Part shown: positions 39,911 to 52,592 of the stretch, piece by piece
Layout: the number at the start of each line of letters is the position of its first letter
Numbering within the stretch: position 1 is the first letter of the stretch
NCBI GenBank assembly: GCA_951406725.2
Contig: OX597818.1
Coordinates: forward strand, 67,456,001 to 67,520,000
DNA length: 64,000 nucleotides
Direction: 5' to 3'
Source: Octopus vulgaris
Taxonomy: Eukaryota
Position numbers and translations under genes: made by a program
The notes under the pieces: generated by a model
Seen by the model: only the letters and a program-made list of their open reading frames with translations
What the model was told of the DNA's origin: nothing
Database searches by the model: none

Positions 39911-42900
39911 GAGAATCTTTTTCTCGTAAAACAAGAGATTTTCTTTCGTTTCTTCGAGCGAAAATATCTTCTTGTTATGTAGGATGGCTAAGCCAGTTTT
40001 TAATGGTTTAAAGATAAGTGTTTCATTAGCATGTAAAAATTAAAAATAGCAGGGGTATTTTGGTATTGCCATTTACATCTGGTAGTCCCTTTTCCCGTGT
40101 GTATAAAAGAAAGATTAAATTGGTTTAACTCACAATCAATTGCCTCCAGGATTTTTCTCCCTTAAACTCTTCATGAGCGAAAAAATCTCTGCTGACGCAA
40201 ACCATTTGGACACGGCATAAGTAGATTGTTTTTACTTTTCTTACTAGTATCTGACCTTTGTGTTCTAGCTTTGAGACACACAAATGTATTCATTTGGAAC
40301 TAATACCACCTCTGACAATAATTGATGCTGTTCTGCCGGATCCAAAATGCATATTAAAACCAAAATGCATATTATGCAGCAGCAAAAATCAATAATGGCT
40401 ACGAAGCAACAAGTGAACTTGTGGTGAGTCTCACGATCTGCTGGAAATAGCAAGTAAAACTATTATTGTAACTTTAAACAAATTATATATCAGATAATAA
40501 GTTCCTAAGAACACTTTTCCAGGAATAACATTTGGATTTCTATGTTCAGGTTTCTTGTACGCAGTGACCTGATATGAAACAGCAAAAGCAACGCTAGAAA
40601 CGCTTAAAATTGCGCAAGAATTCGGACAAGAAAACAAATGTATCAGATTAATTGTCACTATGAAAGAAATAAACTGAAACCACTTGCGCAAATTGATAAC
40701 AAAGCGATCAATGAGAGTAGTGATTCGCCCTTTGATATCTTCCAAATAGCAACAAAATCTTCCTAAACTACCCTATGGCAACTTAAAGAGGATAAGACAC
40801 AAAAAGAAATCTTGCAAAAACTTTGTCGGAAATTGCAACATTTACAAGAAAAACAGAAAAATTACGTGGTTGCTAACCATACAAGACAAAGCAGAAGAGA
40901 CATTGATTGTTTGTAGTTTTTAAACTGTGAGGATAAACAAAATATATCAATGTCTCTATCACACAAAGTTTTTGTATTTTCTTAGTGTAAAAGTTAGCAA
41001 ACAAATCTTTCTCATATTTCACCTTGATATTCTGAAAAAGTGAAATAGCCTCTTTATAAATGGAATTTGCCTATTCACAAAAGCATGTTTTCTGTGAATG
41101 CCTTTTAATGATTTTCTTATTGAGTGCGCGTTGCAAACAAGTGATCCACGTGGATATTGATTAGGAATATCGATTGAATTTTAGAATAACATCAGTTTTA
41201 CTGTGATCGTAATAGGTGTGAATCTGTGTAATTAGTGTTTATTTCGCGCTATAGTTACAGGAGTCGGGGTACATTAGAAGATGGAATAACGGTTATCCTA
41301 TTCTTTTTTGTGTGACTGATGCACTAAGAATAAGAGCGCTTCATTGTTAGCGCTTCATTCATAATCTCAAAATTCACAGATATCGTTTACCATGCTAAAA
41401 GATACTAAATAAATCTTTAATTTCAGGGCCACACGTGGGTATTGAGCCACACGTGGGTAAATAAGGGCTGAGTGTTAAGTATAGTTGTGTATGTTTGATC
41501 AGAGGAAGGTGACATCCTCAGCATTCGTCAATATGTGAAAATCAATTGGGAGGAAGACGAAAAGTTACAATGAGTCTGGGGAAAGACTTCGAAACTTACA
41601 AACAAAATTTAATATGCTAAGTACCCGAAAGAGCTAGGTGCAAAGATAAGTTTATGGCAAAAGGTAAGGTGAGCACCGAAAGCAAGCGATGTGCTAAGTC
41701 TACCGCGTTATATTTCCATCGGTGATTTTCGCTGAGCTTATCATTTATTATTGGTAACAACGCTCTCGTTTTCAGCTATTAAGGAGCAGCTGATAGTCAT
41801 CTAAATGCAGATACTCAAGAACATTAACAATATCCGTGTCCCGCATAAATACTATTTTTGTATTAATAATATTTCGGCGTTTTTTTCATTTGACTGCTGT
41901 TGAACCAAATGCCAGCTGTGAATACATAGACGTATGATGAATGTCGTTCTAAAGGTGACTACATGGTTAATTTATGTACTCTTTGTATTATGTCTAGTGG
42001 CTATATGAAGGTCCTTTAGATGCTATAGAATTTGGGTGTTAATTCTAGAAGATAAAGTAGCTTTATATAAGATCTCTTGCTGGTTTCCTTTCTTTATTGT
42101 TGTTACTGTTATGGTGGTGTTGTTATTGGTAAAAGACAGTACAGGTGTGCAATTTGAAGAGTTGTGAATGAATTATTAATTTCACTGCAATGCAGAGGAG
42201 AGTGTGTGTGTGTGGTTTCGTCATTGTTAGCCATTGAAACAAGCCGTAGTATTTAACTTTAAGCTAGGCAAGTTGTTAGAATTGGATTAATGTTTAACTT
42301 GTGTGTATTGCTTAAAAGCATAATGAAATTCTGTTGACAGCGCTCTTTACTAGTGGATTATCAGTACACTAACTTAACCAATCAGACAGTGAAGTTCTTT
42401 ATTGAAACTGTATCCAGTATTTTTTTCTTTTGTTGCAAAGTTTCTATACCGAGATGTGATAATAGATGTTTTCCATTATCATCTCAGTTTTCTTGTAATA
42501 CAATTAAAATACGCTCAGTAAATATTTGATGGAATTTTCTCAGCAATTTATGGAGATGGGGTAGATTACTTCTCATCAGATGTCACCAGAGTTCCTCACT
42601 TCACAGAATTTGCAGTGAATTTAATATAATTTCAAAGATGTCAATTAAAAAGCTTTTGTGAAAGAGTAAAAAAAAAAATAATAATAGAAATACTAAAATG
42701 AAACAAAAAAAAATTTTAAATTTATTTTCTTAAGTTATAGACTTTTTTTTTTATATTGCAAAGTTAATTATTTCTTGAAGTAATTAACTACTGGCATATG
42801 ATTAATATTTATTTTGAAGTAGAGTATACGCGAAACTGTACAAGTTTGCGCGCACACACGCACGCTCACATACAGACACACATATATAACATATATATAT

Positions 42901-43048
42901 ACATATGTTTATGCATGTGTATATATATATATGTGTTTGCGTGTGTGTGTGTGTAGACATCAACATATATATGTATATGTGTATGTGTGTCTATATATAT
43001 ATATACACACATACATATATATATACATATATACATACATATACATAC

Positions 43049-43104
<56 letters not shown>

Positions 43105-43308
43105 TATATATATATACGCATATTAATATAGATAGACATGTACACGTATATTACATGTTCAAACGTTAAGGGAACACTCATTACTGGTTGTTGAGTATAA
43201 ATTTTATTTCTAAGGAATTCTCTTCCCCTGAATTTTATGTTTTATTTCGCTACGATCGCATATATATAAAGCATGCATGCCTATGTCTATATGTCTATAT
43301 ATAAGTAT

Positions 43309-43342
<34 letters not shown>

Positions 43343-43522
43343 TCGTGAATATATGTATGTTCGTGTTTGTGTGTGTGTGTGAGCGCCTGTCTATAAGCGT
43401 TTTTATAATGTTGCTACGTGTATATTCTCTAATACCGGTCAATGGTAGCACTGTCTCTGAGTGCGTCACTTCCATTATTACATTGAAAGAATAAGAACGG
43501 GTTCTCATCACCTCACCCTCAT

Positions 43523-43915
43523 TAATGGTTGGAAGCACTCCGTCGGTTACGACGACGAGGGTTCCAGTTGATCCGAATCAACGGAACAACCTGCTCGTGA
43601 AATTAACTTGGAAGTGGCTGAGCACTCCACAGACACGTGTACCCTTAACGTAGTTCTCGGGGATATTCAGCGTGACACAGAGAGTGACAAGGCCGGCCCT
43701 TTGAAATACAGGTACAACAGAAACAGGAAGTAAGAGTGAGAGAAAGTTGTGGTGAAAGAGTACAGCAGGGATCACCACCATCCCCTGCCGGAGCCTCGTG
43801 GAGCTTTAGGTGTTTTCACTCAATAAACACACACAACGTCCGGTGTGGGAATCGAAACCGCGATCTTATGACCGCGAGTCCGCTGCCCTAACCACTGGGC
43901 CATTGCGCCTCCACT
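43523..43915 (-). mobile_element. SINE family A, full length with 12-bp TSD
   Basis: TSD CCTCACCCTCAT at 43511-43522 and 43916-43927; tRNA-like head with A box TGGCCCAGTGG and B box GGTTTCGATTCC. Confidence 0.93.
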
Positions 43916-44135
43916 CCTCACCCTCATAATTTCCGATTTACCCGTCTCCCACTCTTAATATTGCTACTCTTTCTTGCTAGAAAAATCCCGCGCTGAAATT
44001 GAAACAAGGTACCGTGTGTTCTATTCCAACGAAATGCACTCTTCCCACCGAATTTCGAACACTCAGCCTATGTCCCCACTTTGGTAGGAGGCATGTTCAG
44101 AGCGCTTCTATTTAATCACTACCCGATCACTACCC

Positions 44136-44293
44136 AGGAGTGGCTGTGTGATAAGTACCTCGTTTACCAACCACATGGTTCCGGGTTCAGTCCCACTGCG
44201 TGGGACCTTGGGCAAATGCCTTCTACTATAGCTTCGGGCCGACCAAAGCTTTGTGAGTGGATTTGGTGGACGGAAACTGAAAAGAAGCCCGTC

Positions 44294-44344
<51 letters not shown>

Positions 44345-44568
44345 TGTGTGTGTTTGTGTGTCTGTGTTTGTTCCCCTAGCATTGCTTGACAATCGATGCT
44401 GGTGTGTTTACGTCCCCGTTACTTAGCGGTTCGGCAAAAGAGACCAATAGCATAAGTACTGGGCTTACAAAAGAATAAGTCTCGGGGTCGAGTTGCTCGA
44501 TTAAAGGCGGTGCTCCAGCATAGCCGCAGTCAAATGACTGAAACAAGTAAAAGAGTAAAAAGAGTAAT
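44136..44568 (+). mobile_element. SINE family B, full length
   Basis: Head, internal (TA)n and AAGTAAAAGAGTAAAAAGAGT tail. Confidence 0.9.
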
Positions 44569-44805
44569 AGTAGTGAATTCACGTTGCCTACGACTTATGT
44601 TGTTCGACTCATAATTACCAGAACGCAGTTTCGATTCAGGAAGCGAGCATTGAGCTCTTCAAGAAACAACTGCATTGCACGTTGCTCCAGTTCCTTCCGC
44701 TGAAAACTGAATGACTAAGCGGTGAAGAGGTGTGATGTCGGTCTCTTCTGCGCTATAGAAATGTATCTCGGAGTTTTAGGACCTGAGAAAACAACGTTCA
44801 TGTTT

Positions 44806-44866
44806 TGATGATGATGATGGTGATTACGACGACGACGACGAAGAAGAAGAGCAAAAAGAAGAAGGG

Positions 44867-44957
<91 letters not shown>

Positions 44958-45066
44958 AAGCAGAAGAAGAAGAAGAAGAAGAAGTAGAAGAAGAAGAAGA
45001 AGAAGAAGAAGAAGAAGAAGAAGAAGAAGAAGAAGAAGAAGAAGAAGAAGAAGAAGAAGAAGAAGA
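44806..45066. repeat. Compound (GAT)n/(GAC)n/(AGT)n/(AGA)n microsatellite
   Basis: Seen directly. Confidence 0.95.
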
Positions 45067-45118
45067 CATATCATATGAGTGGTCTTCTCTCTCTCTCAAT
45101 CTCTCTCTCTCTCTCTCT

Positions 45119-45171
<53 letters not shown>

Positions 45172-45220
45172 ATGGAGAAATCTTCAACAGTCTCATTTCA
45201 TTATAATGACTCATCGAATC

Positions 45221-45316
<96 letters not shown>

Positions 45317-45905
45317 TTGGAATGGTCATATTAGTTTAGAATAAAACACCATATATATTTGGTGTTATTTGCTTCAGTGATATTTATTTTACATTAATCT
45401 TAATCTTATTTCCAAGTTCTTTCGTCCACTCCTGTGACCGCATCAGTGGTCCTTTGTTTTCTCACACTTGTGTCTCTCCTTACTAACCGTCAGCCATTTT
45501 ATATTTCTGGTCATTATAATGGAAATGTAGATCTTCTGGTTATATACATTCTTGGATGGAGAAATCTTCAACAGGTCTACATTTACACCATTATAATGAC
45601 CACCTTGTATTTATTATGTTTGCAGGATCCACTATTGTCATATGTTGTGGTGTGCTATTTCCATTCTAGTTTTCTATTCAGGCTAGGTTTATTTCTATTA
45701 TATGTGTAGCTTCTGTAATTTTTTCCATTAGATTTATTATTATTATTACTAATATTGTTGTTATACATACATATCATATGTAATGATAATAAATAAACAC
45801 ATGAACAAAATTAGAACAAAGAACAACAACAAAAACAAATACAAATTACAAAATGTATATGAGCATCCCACACACACTAAATAAACATAGAAATGAGCAA
45901 ATGAA

Positions 45906-45951
<46 letters not shown>

Positions 45952-46006
45952 GAAACACAAATATAGTGCGTGGGTAATCATATGACCATTCGCTCTTAAA
46001 CAGGAA

Positions 46007-46065
<59 letters not shown>

Positions 46066-46699
46066 ACTCAGGAAAATAAAGATAAACTGTTCCAGTTCCT
46101 CCATCAAAACTCTCAGCCAACATAGCTGGGACCTTCCTGACGCTAATTAATAAATACTTCAATGAAACCATGGCTATTTTAAAATGTTCAACACCCCATA
46201 ATGTCAAAGGGTCACTTACCTCTGTTTAATGTGGTTTTGTTTTTTATCACTAGTTATTCTATTGTTTTAAAACTAAATCCTTACATAGCCTTTAGGAAAT
46301 GTTATAATAAGAGAAAAATACCTTCATCACATATCAGGCCATCATCAGTTACTATTTTCGGAAAAACAGTTCCCACTTTGATTTTTAGCTAGAATGGTGA
46401 TTAATCCTTTTTTTTTTCTTTTTTTTTTTCATTATATATTTTGCAAACACTTTGCTTATATACCTGCCTGAAGCATTGCGGAAAAATTGCTTCTATTGAC
46501 TTCGTATCCTTACTTTCGTGTTCTGTCAAGTTTTATTCAGTATATTTATTTTTAAATTTATTTTTATACACTTGATAATTTCAGAAAATTATTTGAAATA
46601 TTTTTCAAGCATATTGATATTTCGTTTGAAAATGTTTCTTATTTTTGTCTTTGCAAATTTACAACATAAGACAAATGGAAGGCGAAAAGTAAAAACAAA

Positions 46700-47070
46700 A
46701 TATTAATATTTGTCACTTTAAGAAGTTATGAAATGAAAACAGTCGGCAATTGACAGAATTGTTCAGGTGAAACGTTTGTGAATTAACAGATTTGCATTTC
46801 TTGTAAAAATATTCTTTGTCAATGTGAGTTAGAATCTAAGATAAACAGGCTCGCGCTATGGGATTATTGTATGAGCGACAGCAAGGGTAAATGGATCCCT
46901 CAGCAAAACTATTATAGAAGCAGGATTCCCAAATTTTCCACTGCAGGACACATGTTGTTTAGAGATTACACGATATTCTTCGATAGCGAAATAGGAAAAT
47001 ATCATGAAATCGAACAAATAATGTATTTTCTAAACAAATTATTTCGCTAATTAATCATGCAAATAAAAGT
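46700..47070 (+). repeat. Diverged ~370-bp repeat, copy 1 of 3
   Basis: Shared blocks AAGTTATGAAATGA, TTTGTGAATT-ACAGATTTG, GACAGCAAGG-TAAATG and TAAACAAAT. Confidence 0.7.
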
Positions 47071-47461
47071 GATGTTGCCCATACCTCTTTACAAAATTGC
47101 ATTCCCAAGAAATTTCAAGAAATAATTAGCAATAAATGCTGAAAAGAGTCGAGTCAACAAAGTATAAAACACATGCTCTGTAGCTTTCAATAACAGAATG
47201 AAAGTCTGTCATCATTAAACTACACCTTGCATTGTGGGTCATTCAATTCTGCTGCTGCTGACAGCAGATCGCCAGCTGCAATATCACCATCTCCAGTGTT
47301 TTATGGCAGGCAGGATTTATGCAACAAGAGGTGGGCTGAGTTTATTTGAACAACATCGAAGCGCTCGTCTCTGTCTTCCGAGTACATTTGAAGTTAAAGT
47401 ACCGAAGACATTTTACAGTTCCATTTCAGATAGAGTTTCATTCTTTGATCAGAAATCTCTC

Positions 47462-47870
47462 TTTTTCTATTTTTACTTGTTTCAGTCCTTTTGACTGCGG
47501 CCATGCTGGTGCACCGCCTTTAATCGATTAATTCGACCCCGGGACTTATGCTTTGTAAGCCCAGTACTTATTCTATCGGTCTTTTTTGCCGAACCGCTAG
47601 CTGACGGGGACATAACACACCAGCATCGGTTGTCAAGCAATGCTAGGGGGACAAACACAGACGCACAAACATATACACACATACATATATATATATTTAT
47701 ATACATATATACAACGGGCTTCTTTCAGTTTCCGTCTACCAAATCCACTCACAAGGCTTTGGTCGGCCCGAGGTTATAGTAGAAGACACATGCCCAAAGT
47801 GCCACGCAGTGGGCTTGAGCCCGGAACCATGTGGTTGGTAAACAAGCTACTTACCACACAGCCATTCCTG
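47462..47870 (-). mobile_element. SINE family B
   Basis: Matches 12300-12720. Confidence 0.9.
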
Positions 47871-48004
47871 TATTTTCCTCATATGCGTTTGCCAGCTTCA
47901 AGATGCGGTGTAGACGTTTGGATAATTTGAATATATAACATTAACATGAGCAACTACAGAATACCAATAGCTCACCGTCCAAATATTCTTTAATGTCATT
48001 TTTA

Positions 48005-48290
48005 AATGAGAACTTCATCTACGTTCTCATGCGCCGGTTGCCAACAAAATTGTGTTGGACAAACGAGCCCTCCTTTACGTAAAAGAGTAGCGGTCCATAA
48101 AGAACAGATAAATCCTAGAATACCGTCAAATTCCACTAAGTAGCCACATAGACTCCTGCGCTAGAGACAAAAAATCCTGAATTTCACAAATTCCCCTTTC
48201 TACCAATGTAAAGACGGAATCACTACACACTAAAGAATCAACAAGGAGAATCCTTTTATTGAAAAATTCCAAAGGCATCTTAATATGCAA
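48005..48290 (+). pseudogene. Penelope-like GIY-YIG endonuclease relic (a second PLE family)
   Basis: Frameshifted: ENFIYVL/CAGCQQNCVGQTSPPLRKRVAVHKEQI/EYRQIPLSSHIDSC/PFYQC..RINKENPFIEKFQRHLN, following the GIY-YIG..R..H..H..E..LN pattern. Confidence 0.75.
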
Positions 48291-48944
48291 ACTCCACGAT
48301 GACCATACTCTTTTTCTAACATCCTATCTGACAAAAAATTGATAATCCCAATTGAAGAGCATAAAATCCACAGAGTTGTTTCCCCTTACTCACAGGAACT
48401 GGATAACTCCTACCCCATTTTGACATTCATTTAACAAATACCTTAAACTAAGCACCACGTTTAATCACATGGATCTTAATCCTCCAAAGAAATTTTTCCA
48501 AGGACTATTATTGAATTCAAAAAACATAAAGACTCTACAATGTATCGGTACTCTTATTTTTTAATTTTTGTATATGTTTATTATTATTTTTTTGAAAAAA
48601 ACATTGTAAATTTCTTTTTTCCCCTTCCTCAATTATAAAACTTTCTTTTCACCTTTCAAATCTTGAAAATTTGCTTTACGATTAAAACCGGTTAGAGTTA
48701 ATATTTTTGAATCATTTTTGTCATTTTCCTTACACCCATTTTTATTAAAATTTGCCTTCAATTTAGCATTCTGCCGTTTTATGATTTTTCCTTGCCTATC
48801 ATTTCTCCACGTGCGGTCAACACAACCCCACCATTTATTGATTTATATATATATACGAACACCTCCATCACCCGTCATTTTCACTTGGCGAACCACTCCA
48901 CCTCTAATATCGCCGTCTTCGACCTTGCCCTACATAATGGGTGT

Positions 48945-49135
48945 GGGGGTTCAATGGCCCAGTAGATACGGCACCGGACTCGCAATCGTAAGATCGCGGT
49001 TTTGATTCCTAGACCGGGCGTTATGAGTGTTTATTGAGCGAAAAAGAATTAAGCCCAACGTTGCTTCGGCATTGGTTGGTGATGAACCCTGCTGTACTAT
49101 TTCACCACAACTTTGTCTCATTCTTTCCTCCTGCT
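48945..49135 (+). mobile_element. SINE family A, diverged 5' part
   Basis: CAATGGCCCAGTAG..GATCGCGGTTTTGATTCC..GTGTTTATTGAGCGAAAA..CACCACAACTTT. Confidence 0.75.
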
Positions 49136-49554
49136 TTTGTTTGTTCTTAAAATTTTTACCTGTTTTATTTCAAATTTCTTATTTTATTTTATATTTTATT
49201 TTCATTTAATTCTGTTACTATTCCATTAATTTATTTTGACATTGCTATTATTTATTATTTTTTTGAATGACTTTTATTCATGTTTTTTTTTTGTTTTATT
49301 TCATTTTGTAATTTTATGTATTTATTTCTGTTACAGATTTCATCGCTACCTTTTTCCTGGCTGCTTTATCTTACCATTTTTTTATTATTTACCATATATC
49401 ATTTATTTTAAATTATTAATTGTATTACTTTTTATGTTTTATATTACCATACCACACACTACATGTCACATACTACAAATCACATACACACCACACACAT
49501 GCACAACTATACACACACGCATACACGCAGACACAGACACACAAGTACACACAC

Positions 49555-49595
<41 letters not shown>

Positions 49596-49612
49596 AATAT
49601 ATATACATATAA

Positions 49613-49643
<31 letters not shown>

Positions 49644-49758
49644 CAGATATATATATACATATATATATATCAATATCAATAATACAGTGATTGTTTCTTG
49701 TCAGGAACAAAACGATTAATAGGACTGCTATAGAAGTGCTCTATTGAAAGAGATAAAA

Positions 49759-50381
49759 ATATCAAATTAAAGTTATTGAACAAACAAATGCAAGGTCATC
49801 CGCATATCATTTCATAATTCGAACATTTAATCATAGAATATACATATAAACATCCCACAAGATGGAACATAATTCATCTGTACAAGCAGACAAGCATATA
49901 ATAATAATAAGGTGCGGGAAAAAAATACACCTCTGAAATGGCCATAGGGATAAGGCTTCTATTACTTGAATAATTATTTAAAAAGATTTCTAAACGATGA
50001 ACTTTCATTTTATTTACATGATATATATTATATATTTTTTTTATACTACTATATATATATATATATTTTATATATTTTTATATACATATATATTTTTATA
50101 TATTACTTTATATTATAGTTTTACTTTCTAGGTGTTGTAAGGTTTTTTTATTAAAAATGTATTTTTCTGAATCGCTAAAGTATTAACTCTAAACAGTGAT
50201 GAAAAAAAAAGAATTTTTCTCGCACCTTATTATAATCATTATATGCTTGTATGCTTGTACAGATGAATTATGTTCCATCTTGCGGGATGGTTATATGTAT
50301 ATTCTAAGATTAAATGTTCGAATTATGAAAGGATATGCGGATGACCTTGCATTTGTTTGTTCAATAACTTTAGTTTGATAT
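49759..50381. repeat. Long inverted repeat: ~165-bp arms (49759-49925 / 50213-50381) around an AT-rich spacer
   Basis: The arms are clear reverse complements, e.g. AACAAACAAATGCAAGGTCATCCGCATATC / GATATGCGGATGACCTTGCATTTGTTTGTT. Confidence 0.9.
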
Positions 50382-50447
50382 ACATATATATATATACTAA
50401 GAGAGGGAGCAACAGAGGGACGCACAGAGATAGATAAACACACACTC

Positions 50448-50615
50448 ATTTAGCGGTATTTCGTCTGTCTTACTGTTCTGAGTCCAAATTCCGCCGCGCT
50501 CGACTTTGCCTTTCAGGTTATATAAATTAAGTTCCAGTTGCGTACTGGGGCCGATTTGATCGAATGGCCCCCACCCCCAAAATGTTGGGCCTTGTTCCTA
50601 GAGTAGGAAGGAATA
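50448..50615 (+). mobile_element. SINE family C, 5'-truncated, alternative tail
   Basis: GCGGTATTTCGTCTG..GACTTTGCCTTTCA..GGGCCTTGTTCCTAGAGTAG. Confidence 0.8.
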
Positions 50616-51619
50616 TTTTACATATATACAAGATGTAAAACATTGTTAAATCTAGAATAAATCTGATTAAACATTGTTAAAACTAGGATAATATCTGATT
50701 GTAACTTTCAGATGATATTCAATTTTTGCACTAGATTAAAATTGATAAGCCATGTACCGATGTTGAATATTTAAACCGGAAGCACACCGTTTTCTCAGGG
50801 GTATTTCGTCGAACATTTCAAACTACCACTTCGAACAGTTCTCTTTAAAATATGTTTGGATATCATTTCCCGAAGTTTGACGGAAATCTCTGAAGTACTC
50901 CTGTAGCTAATTAATATGATTATATTAACCAACCCATAAACAGCTGTAGAAACATCACCGCTTATCTAATGCCGTTGTTCTTGTCATAGTTGTGAATGTA
51001 TTCTACACTCTAATCAAAGATAGAAATGCGAAGCAGCACCTGAAGGCCAAATTAAAATTTTATGGCTCTGTATGTAAAAGATTTTTGTTTTCTAATGTTT
51101 TATATGTTATAGAACTCATTGTTTTATACATGATGCGTACGATCAATACTTACATTAAAAAAAGGCCATATAAATATGAATTCTTATTTGTTAAATCTTT
51201 GAATATTTTCTGAATCTAACTCTGGTAGTCGTTTTAATACTTACGACGAAGAATAGATCTCATGTTTTTGGTTTTCTTCTCTTATTATTCAATTTATTTA
51301 ATCTGAAATTCATTTTGAAGATTTCAGTTAACCTAGCAATTGATTTCGTAAATTTCGGATAATATTTCTCACTCATATTATTATTCCAAATTCACAGATG
51401 CCTTTCATTTTCTCAGATAAAAATTGAAATACAACACCGAGAGTATGAGAGTAAGAGAGTGAGAGAGAGAGAGAGAGACAGAGAGAGAGAAAGAGAGAGT
51501 GACAAGGTGAGAGAGAGAGCTGGTGAGAGGGAGTTTGAAAAAGGGGAGAAAATGTTTGAAGGAGAGTTGGTATGCGAGAAACAGAATGAAGGAGAAAAGA
51601 AGAGTAAAAATACAACCCT

Positions 51620-51995
51620 TAAGAATTGGTAATTTTAAAAGTTATGAAATGACGTAATTGCTTGACGGAGTTTTTTAGTTATTCCATTTGTGAATTGACA
51701 GATTTGAGTTTCTTGTAATTTTATTCTTCCCATAAAGATATTAGTTCGAGTTTAACTTAAATGGACACCGTCAATAGGTTTATTGTTACAGAGAGACAGC
51801 AAGGTTAAATGAGCCTAACAACAAAACTATTATACGAATGGAATTTCAGGATTTTTCCACCTCAAAACACATTTCATTTTGCAGATTAACTGACATTTTC
51901 AAATATCGGAAAAACAAAAGTAAATGGAATCGAATAAAGGAAATAATTTGTAAACAAATAGTTTGTTAATTGCGCAAGAATAATAAAGGGAAAAC
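51620..51995 (+). repeat. Diverged ~370-bp repeat, copy 2 of 3
   Basis: ATTGGTAATTTTAAAAGTT..GTTATTCCATTTG..GACAGCAAGGTTAAATGA..ATAATTTGTAAACA. Confidence 0.75.
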
Positions 51996-52200
51996 AATGG
52001 AGTTAATAATTTTTCTTCGTGTACATTGCCAATGCACATATTGAAATGATTAGTATGAATCCACTGCACAGTATTTTAGATATTCTGTGTATCTTGAAAT
52101 ATGGAGATGCTGTTAAAGGTGATTGTGATGAGTATTAATAGAACAACAACAACGGTGAACAGAAACGAAGAAACACCGATGATAACAATATTGGTGCTAT

Positions 52201-52592
52201 AAGGCGGCGAGCTGGCAGAAACGTTAGCACACCGGGCGAAATGCGTAGCCGTATTTCGTCTGCCGTTAGATTCTGAGTTCAAATTCCGCCGAGGTCGACT
52301 TTGCCTTTCATCCTTACGGGGTCGATTAAATAAGTACCAGTTACGCACTGGGGTCAATATAATCGACTTAATCCGTTTGTCCTTCGTTGTTTGTCCCCTC
52401 TGTGTTTAGTAAAAAAAAAAAATAGGTATTTCGTCTGTCGCTACGTTCTGAGTTCAAATCCGCCGAGGTCGACTTTGCCTGTCATCCGTTTGGGGTCGAT
52501 AAATTAAATACCAGTTGCGTACTGGGCTCGATCTAATCGACTGGCTCCCTCCCCCCAAAATTCGGGCTCTGTGCCTAGAGCAGAAAAGAATA
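52201..52592 (+). mobile_element. SINE family C tandem dimer
   Basis: A full unit, then AAATA|GGTATTTCGTCTG and a head-less second unit. Confidence 0.88.

Noticed and set aside
50196-50378. GYADDL, an RT-like motif in a 60-aa ORF
   Set aside because: No neighbouring RT motifs, and the opposite arm of the inverted repeat has a stop (TGA) at the codon before YADD; probably chance.
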